Shown: positions 57,633 through 64,000 of the stretch, piece by piece
How positions within the stretch are numbered: position 1 is the stretch's first letter
Layout: each line of letters begins with the position of its first letter
Assembly: GCA_041690355.1 (NCBI GenBank)
Contig: JAWLHK010000007.1
Location: 119,122 to 183,121 of the forward strand
Length of the DNA stretch: 64,000 bases
Origin: a bacterium
Lineage (GTDB): Bacteria > J088 > JAWLBW01
Direction of reading: 5' to 3'
Translations under genes and position numbers: made by a program
Notes under the pieces: model-generated
Database searches by the model: none
What the model was told of the DNA's origin: nothing
The model's input: the letters and a program-made list of their open reading frames with translations, nothing else

Positions 57633-59027
57633 GTGGCCAAACCCAAAATCGTATTCGTGTGCCAGCAGTGCGGCCAGACCTCGCCCCGCTGGGTCGGCCG
57701 CTGCAGCGCCTGCGGCGAGTGGAACTCGTACGTCGAAGAGGCGCAGGAGAAGCGCGCCGTGCAGTCGGCCGCTTCGGGCGCCCGCGCCGTGCCGCTCCCC
57801 GAGATCGAGCCGCCGCGCGGGGAGCGCTATCACACCGGCATCCCCGAACTCGACCGCGTGCTCGGCGGGGGCGTCGTGCAGGGCTCGGTCACGCTCATCG
57901 GCGGTGATCCGGGCATCGGCAAGTCGACCCTGCTCATGCAGGCCCTGAACGGTCTCGCCGCGTCGGGCGCCGCCCTGTACGTCACCGGCGAAGAATCGCC
58001 GCAACAGGTGAAGCTGCGCGCGACCCGCCTCGGCACCCTGCACCCGGGCATCGACGTGCTCTCTGAAACCGCGCTCGACACCGTGCTCGGCGTGCTGGCA
58101 GACCGCAAGCCCGTGTTTGCGTGCATCGATTCCATCCAGACGCTCTATTCTGCCGACCTGCCGAGCGCGCCCGGATCGGTCGGTCAGATTCGCGAAGTGG
58201 CCGCGCGCCTCGTCGACTACGCCAAGCGCAATGACTGCGCGCTGTTTCTCATCGGCCACGTGACGAAAGACGGCTCGCTGGCCGGCCCGCGGGTGCTCGA
58301 GCACATCGTCGACACCGTGCTCTACTTCGAGGGTGAACGCGGCCACCCCTTCCGCATCCTGCGCGCCTTCAAGAACCGCTTCGGGTCGACGAATGAAATC
58401 GGTGTCTTCGAAATGAAGGAGACCGGGCTGCGACAGGTCGAGAATCCGAGCGAGATGTTTCTCGCCGAGCGCCCCGTCGGCGCCGCCGGATCGGTGGTCG
58501 TGCCCAGTCTCGAGGGAACGCGCCCGATTCTCGTCGAAGTGCAGGCCCTCGTGAGCGCGAGCGCCTACGGCAATGCCCGGCGCACCGCCATGGGATTCGA
58601 CGTGAACCGCGTGAACCTGCTCACCGCCGTACTCGAGAAGAAAGCGGGCCTGCACCTCGCCGGGCAGGACATCTTCGTCAACGTCGCCGGCGGCGTGCGC
58701 CTGGTGGAGCCGGCCGCCGATCTGGCCGTCGCGCTGGCCATCGTCTCCTCCTTTCGCGAAGAGCCCGTCGATGCGCACACCGTCGTCCTCGGCGAGCTGG
58801 GGCTCACCGGCGAGGTGCGGGGGGTCTCGCAGCTCGAACAGCGGCTGCACGAGGCGCACAAACTCGGGTTCCGCGGCGCCGTGGTTCCCGAAGTCAATCT
58901 GCGCCGGCTTGAACGCAACGCGCCGCTCGCCTGCATCGGCGTCGACAGCGTCGAAGCGCTTCTCGAAGCCTACCCGCGCGGTGAACGCCGCGCCCCGCTG
59001 CTGCCCGACCAGAATCGAATCGGTTGA
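57633..59027 (+). CDS. radA: DNA repair protein RadA/Sms
   Basis: C4 zinc finger, GDPGIGKST, KNRFG; GTG start. Confidence 0.97.
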   Translation: MAKPKIVFVCQQCGQTSPRWVGRCSACGEWNSYVEEAQEKRAVQSAASGARAVPLPEIEPPRGERYHTGIPELDRVLGGGVVQGSVTLIGGDPGIGKSTLLMQALNGLAASGAALYVTGEESPQQVKLRATRLGTLHPGIDVLSETALDTVLGVLADRKPVFACIDSIQTLYSADLPSAPGSVGQIREVAARLVDYAKRNDCALFLIGHVTKDGSLAGPRVLEHIVDTVLYFEGERGHPFRILRAFKNRFGSTNEIGVFEMKETGLRQVENPSEMFLAERPVGAAGSVVVPSLEGTRPILVEVQALVSASAYGNARRTAMGFDVNRVNLLTAVLEKKAGLHLAGQDIFVNVAGGVRLVEPAADLAVALAIVSSFREEPVDAHTVVLGELGLTGEVRGVSQLEQRLHEAHKLGFRGAVVPEVNLRRLERNAPLACIGVDSVEALLEAYPRGERRAPLLPDQNRIG

Positions 59028-59083
59028 CGCTCTCTGACCGGGGGCATATACTGTACGTGCCCTGCCTTCACGGCACGATTATC

Positions 59084-59743
59084 ATGCGCTTCGGGATTCT
59101 CAGTGACACCCATGGGAACATCGACGGCCTACAGAAGGCAGTCGAATTCCTGCGCGAAGAACTCAAGGCCAAGCGCATCTTTCATCTCGGCCACGAGTTT
59201 GACGACGTCGACGAACTGATCGCCCGCAAGCGCGCCGCGAAACACGAGCCCGGCGAGGCGACAGACTTTTTTTCGGATCTGGCCGAAGCCCTGACGACGA
59301 CGCTCGATCTGGCCACCCGCACGGTGCTCAAGGCCGAGAGCGACGAGCTGAGCATGCTGCGCCGGCTCATGATCCGCGTGCCGGGCGAAGGCGACCGCGC
59401 CTACACCGACGGCGCGCACGCCCACATCGATTACGAGATGCTCGGCGACCGCATCATCACCCTGGTGCACAACGTCAAGGAACTGAAGAAAGAAGACCTG
59501 GCCACGGCGCACATCGTCTTTTACGGCGGGTCGCATCTTTACCAGGTCGACAGGGTCGGGCACCGGTGGTTCATCAACCCCGGTCATCTCATGAAGGCGA
59601 CCGACAAAGGGCGTGAGCCGACGTTCGGCTTTCTCGACGCCGACAACGAGACGCCCGTGTTTCGCATCTACGACCTGAACCTGCAGGTCAGGCTCGAAAA
59701 AGAGCTCGTGCTCGACAAGAAGAACAAGTTCTCGGTCAGCTGA
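59084..59743 (+). CDS. Metallophosphoesterase-fold protein (YfcE-like, degenerate ligands)
   Basis: ILSDTHGN and FINPG present; other metal motifs altered. Confidence 0.75.
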   Translation: MRFGILSDTHGNIDGLQKAVEFLREELKAKRIFHLGHEFDDVDELIARKRAAKHEPGEATDFFSDLAEALTTTLDLATRTVLKAESDELSMLRRLMIRVPGEGDRAYTDGAHAHIDYEMLGDRIITLVHNVKELKKEDLATAHIVFYGGSHLYQVDRVGHRWFINPGHLMKATDKGREPTFGFLDADNETPVFRIYDLNLQVRLEKELVLDKKNKFSVS

Positions 59744-60260
59744 TCGTCCGCAGCCGCTCGAGAATGGCGGCGTACTCGGCGCGCACTTCGCCCGGCATGC
59801 GGAACTTCGCGGCCCACCGCCCCCAGAAACTGCCCGCTTCCCACTCGCCGACCAGATCGACCTCTGTGCCGTTCTCGCGCGGCTGCAGGGTGACGACGGT
59901 GCGGCGCTCGCGCAGCCCCTTGCGCGGGCGATCGCCTTCGCGCTCTTCGACGACCTTGACGCCGTACTGCCGGTTCTCAACCCAGGTGGTCACCTGCTCG
60001 ACGGTCATGCGCGCCTCGGGCCCGGCGCCATGGAGCGCCTGGCGCCGCGCCGGGCCGTCCTTGCCGTGCACCCGTTCGGCGCGCGCGTAACCCGGCCGCC
60101 AGGCGGAGGTCTGGTCGAGGTCGGTAATCACGGCGAAAATCCGCTCGGCGCCCGCGGGCACCCTGCCCGTCACGCGCACCGAGGACGAGCGCGGCAGCAG
60201 CGCGGTCGCCACCAGCGCGAGCACGGCGGCAAAAAGAACGAGATAGACGACGGTTTCCAT
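59736..60260 (-). CDS. SRPBCC/START-domain protein with N-terminal TM
   Basis: AERIFAVITDL...WRP pattern; GTEV strand; C-terminal helix; GGAGGT RBS. Confidence 0.8.
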   Translation of the reverse strand: METVVYLVLFAAVLALVATALLPRSSSVRVTGRVPAGAERIFAVITDLDQTSAWRPGYARAERVHGKDGPARRQALHGAGPEARMTVEQVTTWVENRQYGVKVVEEREGDRPRKGLRERRTVVTLQPRENGTEVDLVGEWEAGSFWGRWAAKFRMPGEVRAEYAAILERLRTIS

Positions 60261-60306
60261 GGTTCGACCTCCGGAGGAGCAGCAGAGCGCCCATATTGTA
60301 GCAGGC

Positions 60307-61428
60307 TCAGGCGGGGAGCAGGGTCTCGACGACGCTGTCGGCGACAGCCATCCCCTCGACGGTCAGCGCGATCGTTTCGCCCTGACGCCGCACGAGGCCG
60401 GCGCGCTCGAGGCCGGCCAGCCGCGAAGCCGCCGGTTCCCGCTCCAGATGCGCAAATTCGCGAATCGAGAGGCCGTCGCTGCGCCGCAGTCCGACATACA
60501 TCCGCTCGAGAAGCGCCTCGGCTTCGGTAAGATTTTCTTCTCCCTCGCGCGGCAGCCGCCCTTCGGCAAGCGGCGACCGCCAGCGATCGTAGGCGCGCAG
60601 GTTCCAGAAGCGGCGCCGCGCCTGCGGGTCGTAGGAGTGGGCCGAGGGGCCGTATCCCCGATAGGCGCCGCCGGTCCAGTAGAGCTCGTTGTGGCGGCTG
60701 CGGTGGCCGGGGCGCGCGTAGTTGCTGATCTCGTAGTGTTCGAATCCGCGTTCGGCAAGGCGCGCGTGCAGAGCGAGAAACTGTTCGCGCTCGTCCTGCT
60801 CGGGCGCGGCCGAGAAGCGCCCCTGTTTCCGGTCGCGCGCCAGCAGGGTGCCTTCGTAGATCGTCAGTCCATAGGCCGAGATGTGGCGTACGCCCGCTTC
60901 GACGAGCCGGTCGGCGTCCTCGAGAAGCTCTTCGCGCCCCAGACAGGGGATGCCGAAGATGAGATCGGCGCTTACCGACTCGAACCCCGCCGCCACGGCC
61001 GCGCAGACGGCGCCGAGCGCCTGGCCCGCGTCATGCGTGCGGCCGAGAGTGCGCAGGTGCACATCCCGCAGCGACTGCACGCCGAGGCTCAGCCGGTTGA
61101 CGCCTGCCGCCCGATAGCCGGCCAGCCCTGCGGCATCTTCGGGATTAGCCTCGAGCGTGACCGTGGCATCGGGCCGGCGGGGCACCGCCCGCAGAATGCG
61201 CGCGACCTGCTCGGGCGCCAGCAGGCTCGGCGTTCCGCCCCCGAAATAGACGCTGTCGGCCATCGGCGGCGGATCGAGCGCGATTTCGGCCAGCAGCTCG
61301 TCGACGAACCGGTCGACGGGCGGATCACGCCGCACGACGAAGGCGAAGTCGCAGTAGGGACAACGTCGCCGGCAGAAGGGGATGTGCAGGTAGACGCCGA
61401 ACGGCGTGACAAGCGGGGCGGAGTTCAT
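60307..61428 (-). CDS. hemW: Radical SAM heme chaperone HemW
   Basis: YLHIPFCRRRCPYCDF, YFGGGTPS, YEISNYA and HNELYW (HNxxYW signature). Confidence 0.92.
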   Translation of the reverse strand: MNSAPLVTPFGVYLHIPFCRRRCPYCDFAFVVRRDPPVDRFVDELLAEIALDPPPMADSVYFGGGTPSLLAPEQVARILRAVPRRPDATVTLEANPEDAAGLAGYRAAGVNRLSLGVQSLRDVHLRTLGRTHDAGQALGAVCAAVAAGFESVSADLIFGIPCLGREELLEDADRLVEAGVRHISAYGLTIYEGTLLARDRKQGRFSAAPEQDEREQFLALHARLAERGFEHYEISNYARPGHRSRHNELYWTGGAYRGYGPSAHSYDPQARRRFWNLRAYDRWRSPLAEGRLPREGEENLTEAEALLERMYVGLRRSDGLSIREFAHLEREPAASRLAGLERAGLVRRQGETIALTVEGMAVADSVVETLLPA

Positions 61429-61547
61429 AGTTCGGCGTTCATGGTGTCGGGAGCGCAAGGCGGACGCAAGTCCCCGCAGGCCCGGGGCGGAGGAAAAACC
61501 GGGTCCGCCTGCCACGCTAACCCCTTGAAAGTCCTGCAACGTTTGCG

Positions 61548-61576
61548 TTGACGACCGACGGCTCGCGTGCTAGACT
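61548..61576 (+). promoter_or_regulatory. Sigma70 promoter of the hrcA operon
   Basis: TTGACG-17 nt-TAGACT immediately upstream of CIRCE. Confidence 0.75.
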
Positions 61577-61581
61577 TAGAC

Positions 61582-61608
61582 TTAGCACTCTCAAAGGCAA
61601 AGTGCTAA
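61582..61608. promoter_or_regulatory. CIRCE element (HrcA operator)
   Basis: TTAGCACTC-N9-AAGTGCTAA, one mismatch to TTAGCACTC-N9-GAGTGCTAA. Confidence 0.93.
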
Positions 61609-61663
61609 TTTTCGAGACCGGGACGGGCAAGGCCGCAACGACACGGACTTCGGGAGTCTTACG

Positions 61664-62701
61664 ATGGAACCTCTGAACGAACGCCGCAAGCGCATTCTTC
61701 AGGCCGTCATTTCCGAATACGTGATGACGGCCGAGCCGGTCGGATCGCGCACGATCAGCAAACGCTACGAAATCGACCTGAGCCCGGCGACCATCCGCAA
61801 CATCATGAGCGATCTCGAAGAGCTGGGCTACTTCATGCAGCCCCACACCTCGAGCGGGCGCGTGCCGACCGACAAGGCCTTTCGCTTCTACATCGAAGAG
61901 ATCGCCCACTTCAACCCCCTCGACGCCGACACCCAGCAGTCGCTGCAGAGCCGCGCCGAACACACCGAGCGCGATGTGCGCAGCCTCGTGAGCGAGACCT
62001 CGAAGGCGCTGTCGGAATACAGCCAGAGCGTCGGGTTCGGCTTTCTGCCCACGCTGGCGGCCGCCCGTTTCCGCCACATCCAGTTCATCAGTCTCAACCG
62101 CCGCCAGGTGCTGGTCGTCTTCGTCTCCGACGCCAACCTGGTGCAGAACCGCGTCGTGAACATCGACCGCGAAGTGCGCCAGGCCGATCTCGAGCGGATG
62201 AGCAACTACCTCAACGCCCTCGTCGCCGGCCTCACCCTGAAGGAGGCGCGTGCCCGGATGGTCGAAGAGCTGACCAGCGAACGTCTTCAGTACGACGCCC
62301 TGCTGCAGAAGGCGGCCGAACTGGGCGCCGCCGTCATGGGCGAGGGCGAAGACGTCATCATCCGCGGCGAGAGCAACATGCTGCTCGCGCCCGAATTCGG
62401 CGAGGTCGACCGCATCCGCACCCTGTTTCGGGCCTTCGAAGAGAAGAACCTCATCGTGCAGCTTCTCGACCGCGCGCTCGCCTCGCCGGGCGTCCACATC
62501 TACCTGGGCAACGAGGTCGAAGAGCAGACCCTCGAGAATTGCGCCCTGGTGACCGGCACGTACGGTTCGGGGGGCAAGCTTCTCGGCGCCATCGGGGTCA
62601 TCGGCCCGATGCGCATGGATTACACGCGCGTCGTTCCCCTTGTGGAGTATACGTCGCGCCTCATCAGCCAGCAGTTGGAAACGTTCAGCACCGACGAGTA
62701 G
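61664..62701 (+). CDS. hrcA: Heat-inducible transcription repressor HrcA
   Basis: EPVGSRT, SPATIRN, QPHTSSGRVPT and GVIGPMRMDY motifs. Confidence 0.97.
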   Translation: MEPLNERRKRILQAVISEYVMTAEPVGSRTISKRYEIDLSPATIRNIMSDLEELGYFMQPHTSSGRVPTDKAFRFYIEEIAHFNPLDADTQQSLQSRAEHTERDVRSLVSETSKALSEYSQSVGFGFLPTLAAARFRHIQFISLNRRQVLVVFVSDANLVQNRVVNIDREVRQADLERMSNYLNALVAGLTLKEARARMVEELTSERLQYDALLQKAAELGAAVMGEGEDVIIRGESNMLLAPEFGEVDRIRTLFRAFEEKNLIVQLLDRALASPGVHIYLGNEVEEQTLENCALVTGTYGSGGKLLGAIGVIGPMRMDYTRVVPLVEYTSRLISQQLETFSTDE

Positions 62702-62711
62702 AAAAAGCGCT

Positions 62712-63356
62712 ATGCGGCAAGACAACGATTTCGAAGAAGAGAACCAGGACGAGAACAGCCCCTCCTTCCGCATCGAAGGGGCCGAAGAGGCCATGCAGGA
62801 GGCCCTGCGCGCCATCGAAGAGCGCGAGGCCCGCGAGAAGGACGCCCGGAAGAAGGGTTCCGGAAACGACGCCCGCGTCGCAGAGCTCGAGAAGGAGCTC
62901 GAGGCCCGGTCGGCCGAGGCCAATGAGTGGAAGGAAAAAGCCCTCCGCACGATGGCCGACTTCGAGAACCTGCGCAAGCGCGCCCTGCGCGAGAAGGAAG
63001 AGGCGCGGCACTACGGCGCCGAGAACCTGCTGCGCGATCTGCTCCAGGTCATCGACAACATGGAGCGCGCCGTCGAGGCCGCCGGCGAGGCCGAGCAGAT
63101 TCGCGAAGGGGTGCGCCTCACGCATGACCAGTTCAAAGGGATCCTGCGCCAGCACGGCGTCGAGGTAATCGAGTCGACGGGCAGCGCATTCGATCCGCAC
63201 CGGCACGAGGCCGTGGCCCACGTGCCCACCGCCGAGCACGAACCGGGCATGGTCATCCAGGAGCACCGGCGCGGCTACCGCCTTCGCGAGCGCCTGCTGC
63301 GCCCGGCCATGGTTTCGGTGGCCAAGGCCCTCGAAGCGCCCAAGACCGAAGAATAG
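62712..63356 (+). CDS. grpE: Nucleotide exchange factor GrpE
   Basis: ADFENLRKR, DNMERA, FDPHRHEA and GYRLRERLLRPAMVSV motifs. Confidence 0.96.
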   Translation: MRQDNDFEEENQDENSPSFRIEGAEEAMQEALRAIEEREAREKDARKKGSGNDARVAELEKELEARSAEANEWKEKALRTMADFENLRKRALREKEEARHYGAENLLRDLLQVIDNMERAVEAAGEAEQIREGVRLTHDQFKGILRQHGVEVIESTGSAFDPHRHEAVAHVPTAEHEPGMVIQEHRRGYRLRERLLRPAMVSVAKALEAPKTEE

Positions 63357-63366
63357 ACCCGGTCGC

Positions 63367-63395
63367 TTGCAATCAGCCCCCCCGCCGATTATGCT
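63367..63395 (+). promoter_or_regulatory. Putative internal sigma70 promoter for dnaK
   Basis: TTGCAA-17 nt-TATGCT. Confidence 0.55.
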
Positions 63396-63397
63396 AA

Positions 63398-64000
<603 letters not shown>

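Overview
High-GC bacterial chromosomal segment. The Dif-like chemosensory cluster, FHA/Ser-Thr kinase pair, many lipoproteins and serS-tRNA cluster suggest a Myxococcota/'Deltaproteobacteria'-like organism (inference). It is mostly housekeeping and metabolic: dgkA, Na+/Ca2+ antiporter, gltS, apt, glpD, class I fumarase, hemF, cysDN, xth, rsgA, serS plus three tRNAs, psd, radA, hemW, and hrcA-grpE-dnaK with a CIRCE element. An MCP-cheW-cheY-cheA-cheC operon runs directly into larB-larC. An accessory patch (~30.3-36.7 kb) below tRNA-Arg holds a Phd/VapC TA pair, a nucleotidyltransferase/small-protein pair and a DUF559 endonuclease. Best novelty candidates: (1) DUF559 bracketed by inverted copies of a REP-like double-hairpin repeat that also occurs alone just after stop codons, a REPtron-like layout with a non-HUH nuclease; (2) a tandemly duplicated ~125-130 nt structured non-coding element at 26.2-26.5 kb; (3) the Dif-like operon coupled to larBC; (4) a paralogous pair of predicted outer-membrane barrels; (5) a recurrent leaderless-mRNA signature and dispersed 7/8/10-mer repeat arrays. 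No CRISPR array, integrase, transposase or rRNA was seen. All protein calls come from motif recognition by eye, not database searches.
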